DNA of 64,000 bases from Octopus vulgaris (taxonomy: Eukaryota): contig OX597826.1 of the NCBI GenBank assembly GCA_951406725.2, positions 12,958,001 through 13,022,000 on the forward strand, in the 5' to 3' direction. The position numbers and the translations under genes are program-made. The notes beneath the pieces were generated by a model, which saw nothing but the letters and a program-made list of their open reading frames with translations, did no database searches and had not been told where the DNA came from. This document shows, piece after piece, positions 12,010-25,471 of the stretch (the stretch's first letter is position 1; every line of letters begins with the position of its first letter).

Positions 12010-12362
12010 TTACTCATGGCATCAATTTTAAAATCCACCCAAGACTTGGTCCTCGTGCTATCCATCCACAACAAAAATCGAACTGAAGACACATAACAAC
12101 ATTACAACATAACTATTTTACCTCAACCGGTCCAGTTCTCTTTAATATTATACCAAAATAGATCCCATAAAATTCAAAATTCCTTCGGACAAATTTCTTC
12201 AAAAATCCCGGACCAACCTCCTACACTCGGATATGTCTCCAACAATATGTTTCTTTACTAAAGTGGGCCCCGGTGCCCCATATATAACTAAAAGATTTCC
12301 CCGGGTGGTGCTATTAAGTTGGCCTGGGCTTACAGTGGCCGAAACCTATCTAAGTTATCTAA
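12010..12362 (+). mobile_element. 3' fragment of a CR1-like LINE related to 7727-9187
   Basis: FKIHPRLGPRAIHP here versus FTIRPRLVPRAMRP there. Both share a GCCGAAACC(T/A)ATCTAAGTTATCTAA tail. Confidence 0.7.
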
Positions 12363-12952
12363 ATTATCGATATTTCAATAGTGTGAGCGGCGAGCTGGTG
12401 GAATGGTTAGAGGCATTTCACGCGTGTTAACGCTCCGAGTTCAAATTCCACCAAGTTCAGTTTTGCTTTTCATCCTTTTAATGCGGCGAGCTGGCAGATT
12501 CGTTAGCATGCCGGGCAGGATGCTTAGCGACATTTCATCCGTGTTTACGTTCTGAGTTCAAATTCCGCCGCAGTCACCTTTGCTTTTCATTCTTTCGGGG
12601 GTAGGTAAAATAAGTACCAGTTGAGCACTGGGGTCGATCTAACCGACTTACCCCTTCCTCCTAAATTGCAGGCTTTGCGCCAAAATTTAAAATTAGCATT
12701 TAAAAATTGTGCCTCTGACCTTTACCACTCATAGAGAAGGAATGTGTTGAAGGGTTGTTGCTTTGGATATGAGCCAAATCCGTCTCAAATGACTCACAGC
12801 ACATTAGTTAATGTAATCCTAGATACACTTTTATCAGGAAATATGCAGAGATTGAAAGGACTGTAAGCTCGTTGATTATGGTACCCCGCAATCAGGGCTG
12901 AGTAAAATCCAGACAACAGCAATGAGGCATATTATAGTCCGTCCGTCCGTCC

Positions 12953-13031
<79 letters not shown>

Positions 13032-13051
13032 CATATATCTATCTATCTATC

Positions 13052-13148
<97 letters not shown>
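12953..13148. repeat. (ATCT)n microsatellite, one of many TA, CA, GA, ATAC, GATA, AAT and GTA tracts
   Basis: Directly visible. Such tracts generate most of the low-complexity ORFs in the track. Confidence 0.95.
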
Positions 13149-13149
<1 letters not shown>

Positions 13150-13430
13150 AACACGGAGCAGATTAAATTGGGGACAACTGATGAAGGGAATGTTCTTTAT
13201 GTTGCATGTTTCGTTTCTCTGTTTGTTTTTTTATTCGTTGTTCGAAAAAAAGATCGTTTTCTATGTTTTTGTTTTTTATGTTTTCGTTTCTCATTGTCTA
13301 CGTTTTTTGATGTCCTGCACCCTTATATACATGTATATATGCATATATGTGCATGTATTTCTCTATTATTTATATTATTATATGATCGAACGCCACGCAT
13401 CCTTTTCCAAGTAAGTTTTATCTATCTATC

Positions 13431-13487
<57 letters not shown>

Positions 13488-13775
13488 TACCGTAACCGAC
13501 CAGGCTATCAGATGTTGCTACACATCGCTGGTCACAATGCGCTTCGCATTGTTTTAGCCTTCAAATGACGCCACACCGCTGGCTAAGCGAGCATGCAAAC
13601 AGAAGAAAGAGTGAGAGAAAGTTGTGGCGAAAGAGTACAGCAGGGATCGCCACCATCCCCTGCCGGAGCCGCGTGGTGCTTTAGGTGTTTTCGCTCAATA
13701 AACGCTCACAATGCCTGGTCCGGGAATCGAAACCGCGTGTCCGCTGCCCTAACCACTGGGCCATTGCGCCTCCTC
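13488..13775 (-). mobile_element. tRNA-derived SINE (family D) inserted in (TA)n
   Basis: Head GGAGGCGCAATGGCCCAGTGGTTAGGGCAGC..GGTTTCGATTCC with A and B boxes. Related pieces at ~25790-26062, 32623-32770 and 33172-33265. Confidence 0.75.
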
Positions 13776-13776
13776 C

Positions 13777-13864
<88 letters not shown>

Positions 13865-14164
13865 TTACTCGATAATTCTTACAATTTGTGATTTCGTCTC
13901 GTTGTTTTTTGTTTTAATCACGTACCTTTCACTCACCGTAGCTGATAATAGCTAGTCCCGTACCCCCGTACCGTACCCCATTCAACTGGTCACTCAGCTG
14001 GCTATTCGAATTATGTCCAACAAATATTGTCCAAGCGTTTAATCAAGCTCTGATTTACCTGACTATGATCAAACCAAGGCCGAGTAATAGTACCAACTCG
14101 GGTAGTCACTTATTGGGAGGCCCGTATTAGAGGGCACCGCTTCATATGTTTACCTATATATGCT

Positions 14165-14475
14165 GCCGTGAAGCTGCATGGCTAAGAGGTTAAGGTCCTC
14201 GGCTCCCGACTGTAAGGTCGCGAGTTTGATTCCCGGCAGCGCATCGAGCCCTTGAGCAGGACAATGTATTTCATGTGGTTCCAGTTCAATCAGCTGACAA
14301 AAATGAATTGTACCTGTAATTCAAACGACCAGCGTTTGTCACATTTTGTATCCCACTGAGAACTGCATAATGGGTACGCTTGTCTGTGGAGTACTCAGTC
14401 ACTTGCACGTTAATTTCACGTGCCGACTTTTCCGTTGATCGGATCAACTGGAACCCTTGTCGTCGAAACCGACTG
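14165..14475 (+). mobile_element. Older tRNA-derived SINE (family F)
   Basis: TGGCTAAGAGG (A box), GTTTGATTCCC (B box) and CCTTGAGCAGGAC. Relatives at ~48205-48740 and at 40587-40900 (-), the latter flanked by TSD AGTGCATGAAT. Confidence 0.65.
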
Positions 14476-14493
14476 AGGGCCAGTTTCTATATG

Positions 14494-14562
<69 letters not shown>

Positions 14563-14912
14563 CTTTAGTAATAACAAAAATTTATAAAGGAATATATACG
14601 AACATATTTCTCTTCGTGACCAAAAAAAAAACATGATTAAAGTTTTTTGTAAGTTTGTCATTAGAAAATAACATAAAAAGATAAATCTAGAAAATGCTCT
14701 CAAAACATTTGTAGATCTAAAATCTAGGAAAAAAATGTTTGAGTTTCGATAATCTATGTTTTTCAGTATCTCTCCTTTTGATCATATTCTTTGATTTATC
14801 AGAAGAGAATTCTTCGCGTCTAACATGAAATCAACAGTACCTTTCGATCTTGCTTTCCCTTAACCATCCTCTATTCACAGACTGTAACAAAATTGTGTCG
14901 AGATCATAGACA

Positions 14913-14981
<69 letters not shown>

Positions 14982-17096
14982 TCTCTCTCTCAATCTCTCT
15001 CTTTCCCTCACTTTCTTTCATTCTTTCTTCTTTTTTCTTTCTTTCTTTCTTTCTTTCTGTCTTTCTTTTTTAGTTTTATTAATTAAAAGATCAGAAAATT
15101 TGGTGTTATTTTGAACTGTCCTCTTAAGTTGAGTAGATTTTTTTTCTTTTGAAAATCTTATTTCTTTATTGCCCACAGGGGACTACACACAGAGGGAGAC
15201 AAACAAGGACAGACAAACGGATTAAGTCGATTACATCGACCCCAGTGCGTAACTGGTACTTAATTTATCGACCCCGAAAGGATGAAAGGCAAAGTCGACC
15301 TCGGCGGAATTTGAACTCAGAACGTAGCAGCAGTCGAAATACCGCTAAGCATTTCGCCCGGCGCGCTAACGTTTCTGCCAGCTCCCTGCCTTTTCTTTTG
15401 AAAATCTTATGAAATCTTTTCCATAGACACAAGTAAAATGTGTCATTCTTTATTCAGACGGGAAATTAACCCCAGTACTTTTAAATCTGGTAATTATTCT
15501 ATCTATTGCTTTTGTCGAACCGTTAAGTTATATGGATGTAAACAAAGCAACTCCGGTTAACAAGCCATGGTGGGAACAAACACAGATACAAAGCCACACA
15601 CACGAATACATAAATGTCATTTATATGTTTGTATATGTATATGTATATATATGAAGAGATTCTACACAGTTTATGTCGACCATATTCCCCCTGGAGACAT
15701 TGGTCGACCGGGGTGATAGTAGAGGGCACTTTCGCAAGGTCCTATGCTGTGGGACTGAACCGAAACCCCCTGGCTGCAAACTGACCTTCTTAAACAACAC
15801 GGCCACGATAAAAGAATCGCCTTTTTATCTTGTCTAGGTTTAATAAACAAATAGAAACTGGTAAGATATTAGTTTCAAATTTTGGCACAAGGCCAGCAAT
15901 TTCATGGGTGTGGGGAGGGCGTAAGTCGCTTACATCGACCCCCAGTGCTCAACTGGCATTTATTTTATCGATCCCGAAAGTATAAATGGCCAAGTCGCCC
16001 CCGGTGGCATTTGCACTCAGAACGGGATGTCGAGGGGAAATCCTAGAAAGCATTTTGTCTGACGCAGTAGCAATTCTTCCAGCTCGCAGTCTTAGAAACT
16101 GGTAAAATATATAGGAGTAATTTTAATTAACGAAGTATGATGCTCCAGCATGGCCGCAGTCCAATGACACAAACAAGTAAAATAGCAAAAGAGTAACATG
16201 GTCCCTTACTACAATAATCAATAGCTTTTGAAAAAGAGACCGGAATAGGAATATTTTTTACCTTATGGGTTCGAGTGTTGTCGATGGTAAATTTCGCATT
16301 TCTTTAATAAAGTACCAAAACCTGAGTCGATGTAATCGTCTATACCCATCAACAAAATTTCTGGCTTTGTACCAACTTTAGAAATCAATATTTTCGTTGT
16401 TTTGATTAACGTCGTTGAATTTTCTTAGAAATCTTAGTTTGTGATTTGGTATCGATCTCAACACTTTGATATGTTTGTTACCAAATTTTTCCTTCCTTGT
16501 AACGGAGTTGCAGCCGTGCACATTCTTGAACTACAAGAACTTCAGAAAGTGTTGTTGTTGTTGTTGCTGCTGTTGTCAAAGGCCCCGGGTGAGCCCTGAT
16601 TAAGTAGACCTGTTCCCAAAGACTTCCTGACATAACCATCCGTCTTTCTTGTCTACCATGGACTATATTGTCCGATTCATCCTCTTTTAACCTTCTGCTC
16701 GCCCTGTATATCACATGCAATACACAAGACAGGATCTTTTCTATTTGGCTGCACCTGTGGAAATTTTAAAGTGTTGTGAACATTTTTAAATTTGATGTAT
16801 TAGTGTAATTTTCCACGCTGAATCTCAGGAGATGTTTCACTTTTCCCAGAATTTTTTTTTTCTTTTAAGTTATAGAAATTTAAAGTTTGATACTTTTTAT
16901 TCAGTCAGAAAACAGGAGTTGGAAGCTGTTATCTTGTACTTGACATCACGTATTGTCAGTTGTAAACAAATGAAGTATTGGCGGAATTCTGCATTTCGCA
17001 TTTTTTGGGGAATTTTCAGAAAATTTTTGCGAATTTGTATTCTACACACGGGAATTCATACGATTATGCAAAAACCAAAATAATACTAACAGCAGC

Positions 17097-17159
<63 letters not shown>

Positions 17160-18557
17160 CCTCATTCCCAATCTTTTTTCAACTACCAGAGTAACTTAAG
17201 ACTTATGAAAGGAAACCTTTATTTTATGCAAAACGTGTGAAAGAAGAACAAACTGAAAGTCTGCATGAAAACAAGTCTTGGACGTTTGGGGCAAATATCA
17301 AAATGCTTTGGACAAGTAAAGGGCTTAGTTGCTATTTCTAACTAGTCGAACAACCATCTAGAAGCTTCCGCATTCGCCCTTCATTTCATTTTCGGTTTCT
17401 GTTGAGAAGTCTGCCTTCCATTTAAATTCGAACTGAAAAACAGACACTGATTCACGACGCATTTTCCTCTCGTTCCACCCACAACCTCAACAGGTCAGGT
17501 GATTATTTGTATTCCAATTGTTGACACACGAAACTCCACTCCTAGTATATAGAAATTACTATTTAACGGGGGGGAGGGTGTTGTGTTATAATGATTTTTA
17601 AAAAATGACCTACATCAAAACTAAATAATATCCCTGTCTGAAGTTAAACGGTGAGCTAGCAGAATTGGTAGCCCGCAGGCGGCGAGCTGGCAGAATCGTT
17701 AGCACGCCGGGCGAAATGCGTAGCCGTACTTCGTCTGCCGTTACGTTCTGAGTTCAAATTCCGCTGAGGTCGACTTTGCCTTTCATCCTTTCGGGGTCGA
17801 TAAATTAAGCACCAGTTACGCACTGGGGTCGATGTAATCGACTTAATCCATTTGTCTCTCCTTGTTTGTCCCCTCTGTGTTTAGCCCCTTGTGGGCAATA
17901 AAGAAATAAGAATTGGTAGCCCGCTGGGTAAAACGCTTGGCGTCATTTCGTCCGTCTTTACGTTATGAATGAAAATTCCGCAGAAGTTGGACTTACCGTT
18001 CATCCTTTCGGGATCAATAAAATAAGTACTAGTTGAACACTGGGTTCAATGTAAAGAGAAAAACAACTAGTTTTAAATCACTGAGCGGGAAATATGTAAC
18101 AACAGTACTGAACAGTAAAGTCTATTTGCCAGGACTGCCATATTTTGTTGGCAAAGAGACTTTACTGCTTAGTAAATACTACCTATTTCTCGCTCAGGGA
18201 TTTAAAACTTGTTTTTCTCTTTACGGGATCAGCAACTGTGTGTCGCTTTAAAAGTATATACTATGGGCAAGGTCGAGTAGCTGCCATCTCTAACCGATCA
18301 TTGTCCTGTACCGAAGAAGAGAAATGATCCAGGAACTACAGGTATCGCTAAAGCTAAAGGGGGAGCAATAAACTCCCTTGCTCATGGTATACGGATACAG
18401 ACTATAGCATGAAACAATTGTACTACACTACCTTGGATATCCTTGTTGCTTATTTTGATTATAATCACCCCCATTTGATTTATATGGATAATACCATACA
18501 AAATTCTGGTGCCTTTAACTTAAGTACCATATTCATCTGAATCTAAATCTTGCTGAA

Positions 18558-18611
<54 letters not shown>

Positions 18612-19118
18612 TGTCTAAATATATATATATGCATGCAGACACCTATGTGAATATGAGGATGGAATTGCGGGCAGATATACATATACATATATACTTGTGT
18701 GCGCGTGTGTGTGTGTGGATATGTATATATGTATAAGTACGTACATGTACATATATGTTTGTGTGTGTATGCGAATGTATATATACATGTTTCGGGTGTG
18801 CGTGTGTACGTATGTAGACTTTATGAACGCAGGAGGTTTTATGTCTATGTACTGTGAGACTATGGTTGCGTGTGTTCTTTATTTTTTTATGTTTTTATTT
18901 TGCTCTACCTATTAAGAGTAACTTCCCTTTTATTCAACGGTTTTTTTTTTCATAGCGTCTATTGCCATTAATAGTCGACGAGAATGCATCGTAGCTCTCC
19001 GCCGCGATATTCGAAACTCCGAGTACTATAATGACAACTTACTGTTTGTCCTAAAATATACATATACAAATAATCCTCTATTCACCTAATATCGAGGTCT
19101 CATTCTTTTTGTTCTCAC

Positions 19119-19184
<66 letters not shown>

Positions 19185-19411
19185 TGCCGCTACGTTCTGA
19201 GTTCAAATTCCGCCGAGGTCGACTTTGCCTTTCATCCTTTCGGGGTCGATAAATTAAGTACTAGTGAAATACTGGGGTCGATGTAATCGACTAGTCCCAT
19301 CTCCCTATCCACCCAAATTTGAGGTCTTGTGCCTCCAGAAGAAAGGATTATTATTAATATTATTATTATTATTATTATTATTAGCCACATTCAAATGGCT
19401 AATGTCCCTTT

Positions 19412-19479
<68 letters not shown>

Positions 19480-20399
19480 GAACTTGTATACAATGTTCAG
19501 GTGAAACAACCGCAAGCAATAAATTGATAAATTGAACCCTCGCTGTATTCAGTTTATATTACTTTTTAAGCAAAAGTGACTGACTGTAGGACAGTGAGTC
19601 AGAGATAGTAATGACCGCTAGCTTTCCCGTATCTTGTTTATTTATAGAACTATAATACAAGAGGCTCTGCAAAAGTTCAGAGATCGTTATCTTATCAACA
19701 CGTTGGCTGGGAGCGGTTTTGGGAATGATATATTCATGACTCACCGAAAGAGGACGTTTATCTTACCATTCGCTCAAGTAGTCGATATCGTTGTTCACAG
19801 CGACGAAATACCGAATATACTAATTAAAGCATATCAGTATCATTACCCGCACCCCTTATAGGACAATTACCCGACCTAGGACAATTATTCCCCTTGGTTA
19901 ATTACCCACTCACCAATATATTAAGTTTTAAATCATCATCTGTTGTCTTCAGGGGGTTAATGTCCTTGGGGTTATTGTCTAGACTTGATTAAAGTAACCT
20001 AAAACTATCCATCCACTGAATGCCACACCTTATATGAACATCAATGGCCATTGTACCACGTCATCGAGCCGACGTGGTGGCCCCTATGTAATCGCTCGAC
20101 TTGCTAGAAACAACAGCCGCATCTTTCTCAGATTCCATATCTCGATCTTTTATATAAATAAAAAGAAGACATGTTGGATAGTTTGGTTTTGGGTCCCATT
20201 CGTACAGATAAAAAGGGTGGGGGTGATTACGGCTGGGGTCCCACTGGTCTTAGATCTGCTCGACCAGGGCTTACCTTGGGCTATACTACAATAGCTAGAA
20301 TTTTCTTGAATTCTCGTTATGCTTAACAATGACTTAATCTAGGCATAAGTAATGTTTTTAGGTCGTGGGGTAGAAGCCCTTATGAGATACCATCCGTCA

Positions 20400-21155
20400 T
20401 ACCATGGCTTCTGGCCACACTACTAACATAATTTATCAAACATCGAAATGTGACCGCCAATGTGCTAGCGCGCCGACTTGACCAGCACCGTCTGGCATGA
20501 TTCCGCTCAGCCTCCGAGCCTCACTGCAGAGCTTGGTTCAATGCAATGCCATCACGCGCAACTGGTACTCAACTTGATAGTGACTGCATGCGAATTGGCG
20601 TTTCCCTGAAGCTTGGCCTCGAGATCTGCGAGCCTCGTGAATGCCGTTACGGATCCATTGTCTTCTTTCGGCCTCCACCCACTGTCATGTCGTCACAGTG
20701 CTGGCCGCCTTCCACGCCATGCCACCCATAACAAGATCACAAAGCAGGGCCTATGTTCCGCAGTCTTCCTTTCCCAGCTCGAGCCAGCGGGGCTAGACCG
20801 AGGGAGTGGTAACATTTTCCCGTTCTGTGGTGGTAGACTCTTCCTCTAGGATGCCACATGCTGTGACACCTTCTCCAGCGGCAACTTGATGTTGTCAGCT
20901 ACCAATCTAGGCTTCGCTTCTCGTCAGGCATCGGCCGCTCTTCAACAGGTTTATGATCGAGTGGTAGTGGAAACCTCTGGTGTTCTCGGCCCAAGGACTA
21001 TATCCCTGCTCACTGCTATCAGAGCGGAGATTTGCTGTTCGCAAGTGCGAGCCCCGTGAGTCAAAGTGGCTGTTCCAGCGCATCTCCCTCGCTATCCTCC
21101 GGGGTAACGCCTTTTTCATTTTGCCTGCAGGTGCTATGAGAAATGTCATTCAATG
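20400..21155 (+). mobile_element. CRE-clade non-LTR retrotransposon, decayed C-terminal zinc knuckle and RLE region
   Basis: MRIGVSLKLGLEICEPRECR..GLHPLSCRHSAGRLPRH..LEPAGLDRG..DATCCDT and LFQRISLAILRGNA, with frameshifts. Confidence 0.75.
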
Positions 21156-21989
21156 ACTAAAAGCAACATTTTATTGCAGTTTGATACAAAGTTTGACCTC
21201 TTCTGACCTGTCGTCACTTTTGGATCGATTCGTACAGAGGACACTGAAGAAAATTCACATACTGAAACGACAAGTTATTAAATGAAATTCAGTTTTGCTT
21301 CCAGCTGTGTGGAGTAGGAGCTTATCTCTTATTCTAAGGTAGTCAAAGCATGTAAATATCTATCAAAATTGTGACTTTAGTATTTTTTGTTAGAAAAAAC
21401 AAAAGGAGAAACAGAGAGACTTACACACCAGCTGATCCAACAATGATACCTATTTCTTTATTACCCACAAGGGGCTAAACACAGAGAGGACAAACAAGGA
21501 CAGACAAATGGATTAAGTCGATTATATCGATTCCAGTGCGTAACTGGTATTTAATTTATCGACCTCGAAAGGATGAAACGCAAAGTCGACCTCGGCGGAA
21601 TTTGAACTCAGAACGTAGCGGCAGACGAAATACCGCTAAGCATCTCGCCCGGCGTGCTAACGATTCTGCCAGTTCGCCGCCTTTCCAACAATGATACCAC
21701 TTTTAATTATACCTTTAGTCTCTAGAGATCGGATGCAAACATCCAGATTTTCGAATACTCCATATTCATTTGGTTATGTTTTAATGAGTTAGTTTGGGAG
21801 AAAAATCTATATCCTTTAGCCTTTTCAAGCCTTTTATATCGTTTTAATAACTTTTTCAAGACAAACTAGTCAAGAAGGGGATAAACTGAATGAAGAAATA
21901 AAATGTTACTCATGTTTGTTCCTGAAAGACAGTGAATTGATAGTGACTAAAGACGAACAGACAACATTATAGCAATACAGGGAATATAT

Positions 21990-22540
21990 ACAGCTAGCAG
22001 AGTCGGTAGCATGCCGAGCGAAATGCTCGACGGTATTTCGTCTGCCGCTACGTTCTGAGTTCAAATTCTGCCGAGGTCGACTTTACCTTTACCTTTCGGC
22101 GTCGATTAAATAAGCACCAGTTAAGCACCAGTTACGCACTGGGATCGATATAATCGACTTAATTTGTTTGTCTGTCCTTGCTTGTCCTCTCTGTGTTTAG
22201 CTCCTTGTGGGTAGTAAAGAAATAGGTATTTCGTCTGCCGCTACGTTCTGAGTTCAAATTTCGCCGAGGTCGACTTTGCCTTACATCCTTTCGGGGTCGA
22301 TTAAATAAAGTACCAGTTAAGTCCTGGGGTCGATGTAATCGACTTAATTCGTTTGTCTGTCCTTGTTTGTCCCCTCTGTGTTTAGCCCCTTGTGGGTAGT
22401 AAAGAAATAGGTATTTCGTCCGCCTATACCTTCTGAGTTCAAATTCCACTGCGGTCGACATTACCCTTCATCTTTTCGGGTTCGATAAAATAAGCACCAG
22501 GACTTATCCTTTCCCCCAAGGTTGCTGGTCTTGTGTCAAA
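21990..22540 (+). mobile_element. Head-to-tail trimer of SINE A
   Basis: One head followed by three bodies joined at AAAGAAATA|GGTATTTCGTC (22224, 22409). The last unit belongs to the older subfamily. Confidence 0.85.
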
Positions 22541-25239
22541 ACATTTTAATATACCGAATATGTATGATTTGATGGAAGATCAGTAGTTATTTATTGTTTA
22601 GACAGTCTTAATCGAGCAAACCTCTTATGAAAGGCATTCACGTCTTCACACTCCATCTTTTCAATGCATAGTTTGCATAAAGAAAGGGCTTTATTGAGGT
22701 ATATTCGGCTGCCATGTCTAGCAAGTCAACCGACCGTGTAGAGGCTCTTTCAACGGAAATATTTTTCTTTGGTGTAGGCGGCTCTTTTGATCCAGAATGA
22801 GCAAGTGTACGATTGATATTACATTGTACCTAAGGACAGTAATGTAATGCCTGTATAGAGTTGATGGTATTAATTAAATACCAGGCGAACTGGCAGAAAC
22901 GTTAGAACGCCGGGCGAAATGCTTAGCAGTATTTCGTCTGCCGCTACGTTCTGAGTTCAAATTCCGCCGAGGTCGACTTTGCCTTTCATCCTTTCGGCGT
23001 CGATTAAATAAGTAGCAGTTACGCACTGGGGTCGATGTAATCGACTTAATCCGTTTGCCTGTCCTTGTTTGTCCTCTCTGTGTTTAGCCCCTTGTGGGTA
23101 GTAAAGAAATAGGTATTTCCTCCGTCTATACCTTCTGAGTTCAAATTCCACTGCGGTCGACATTACCCTTCATCTTTTCGGGTTCGATAAAATATAAAAT
23201 GATTTGATGGAAGATCAGTAGTTACTTATTGTTTAGCCAGTCTTAATCGAGCAAACCTCTTATGAAAGGCATTCACGTCTTCACACTCCATCTTTTCAAA
23301 GATGGGGTTAATAGAACTACATTTTTTAATGCATAAAGAAAGGGCTTTATTGAGGTATATTTGGCTGTCATGTCTAGCAAGTCAACCGACCATGTAGAGG
23401 CTCTTTCAACGGAAATATTTTTTCTTTGGTGTAGGCAGCTCTTTTGATCCAGAATAAGCAAGCGTACGATTGATATTACATTGTACATAAGGACAGTAAT
23501 ATAATATAATATATTATAATATTATATATATATATAATATAATGCCTGTATAGAGTTGATGGTTTTAATTAAATACCAGGATATTTTATAGATCAAGAAA
23601 CGAAATTTTGCTTTGTAGCTATGCAAAGAATGTGTAGTCCCAATGAAAGGTTATCATGAATTGTAAAATTTAACATTTCCATATGGGAACGATATAACTG
23701 TATAATTAACTTCAGCGACATATTTATTTTAGAAATACTCTTTTACTTGTTTCAGTCATGTGACTGGGGCCATGCTGGAGCACCGCCTTTTTAGTCGAGC
23801 AAATCGACCCCAGGACTTATTCTTTGTAAGCCTAGTATTTATTCTATCCGTCTCTTTTGCCGAATCGCTAAGTTACTGGGACGTAAACACACCAGTATAG
23901 GTTGTCAAGCGATGCTGGGGGGAGAAACACAGACACACAAACACACAAACACATATATATATATACATATATACGACGGGCTTCTTTCAGTTTCCGTCTA
24001 CCAAATCCACTCACAAGGCTTTGGTCGGCCCGAGGCTATAGTAGAAGACACTTGCCCAAGGACTGAACCCGGAACCATGTGGTTCGTAAGCAAGCTACTT
24101 ACTACACAGCCACTCTTGTGCCTTGCATATGTTTGAGAAATAGAATCTGGAGCGTTTAAGTCTCGAAACTGTAACATAAAATACCACATGTCATGCAAAT
24201 TTATCCAAACACATGAACTTTCTATGTTATCTTTTTCCAATACAGACCATCACTGATTTCTTTTGACTCACTTTTTAATGTGTAACATTACTCTTTCATC
24301 ATTATATTGTCGATTTACAGTGTAGTTTCTATTTCTCTGATGACGTTTAATGATGTCGAAACGTGTTCCTGCTTATCTTCTGTATTTGAATTAACTGATT
24401 GTTTGTGTGTGGTGGTGGTATTGTGGATATGAAGGCGACGAGCTGGCAGAATCGTTAGCACGCCGGGCGAAATGCTTAGCAGTATTTCGTCTCCCGCTAC
24501 GTTCTGAGTTCAAATTCCGCCGAGGTCGACTTTGCCTTTCATCCCTTCGGGATCTACCAGTTATGCACTGGGGTCGATATAATCGACTTAATCCGTTTGT
24601 CTGTCCTTATTTGTCCTCTCTGTGTTTAGCCCCTTGTGGGTAGTAAAGAAATAGGTATTGTGGGTTGTGTATGTGCGCGTGTGATGTTGAGATGAGTGTG
24701 TGATGGTGTGGTGCGTGTATACTTACACACACGCACACACACATACTCACATACGCGCACATGTGTTTGTATTGTGAGAATGAAGTCGTATGACATATTT
24801 TCCAGTACTTAGAAGTTCGCGTGTTCCTTCATAATCCAAAACGGAAAGATGTGAAGAGAATTCTTGTTATTTAATCTGACATTCTTGATACTGCTCTTCA
24901 TAGATACAAAGACCACAGAGCAAACAAGTTTAAACAAGACTGGGGTGTTACTTTTGAAACTATTTATATCACTGTTACACGTGTTTCAGTGAAGAAAGGA
25001 CGAGTTACGTAATCCTGACCCGAGATACTAATTAGATAACCCGGACATCAGAGTTGATTTCACACTAGATTATTGTTGCTGCCGATAGTTATATAGAAGA
25101 TTATGCTTTTTTTTGTTTTTGAAAGATTAAAATGGAGAAGGCAACATACTACTTCTGGGTATTCTTCTTAAGCTTAAAATAGCTGAAAACTTTATCATTT
25201 ATCAGTCGAGTATATAAATATCTCTTTAACACCATAAAA

Positions 25240-25338
<99 letters not shown>

Positions 25339-25437
25339 GTGTAGGAGCTAATCCAAACATGAAAACACAAAGAGAAAACACAACAACGCGAGGACGTGGA
25401 ACAAGTATAGTGTTATTAGACACTCAGGAGAAGGAGG

Positions 25438-25471
25438 ATTTAACGTTTCGAGTGGAGTCTTCGTCAGAAAC
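25438..25471 (-). ncRNA. Minimal hammerhead-like motif
   Basis: GTTT CTGACGA AGA CTCCA CTC GAAACGTT AAAT, inside a repeat homologous to 6490-6700. Confidence 0.45.

Noticed and set aside
13177-13200. CAACTGATGAAGGG (also inverted near 33390)
   Set aside because: Part of a repeat; I could find no downstream stem II/GAAA partner.
18960-19860. Possible promoter or enhancer (CpG patch, TGAGTCA/TGACTCA, GATA motifs)
   Set aside because: Such short motifs are expected by chance, and I identified no associated exon.
24335-24372. CTGATGA..GAAACGTGTTC hammerhead-like string
   Set aside because: Stem II is out of register and stem I does not pair.
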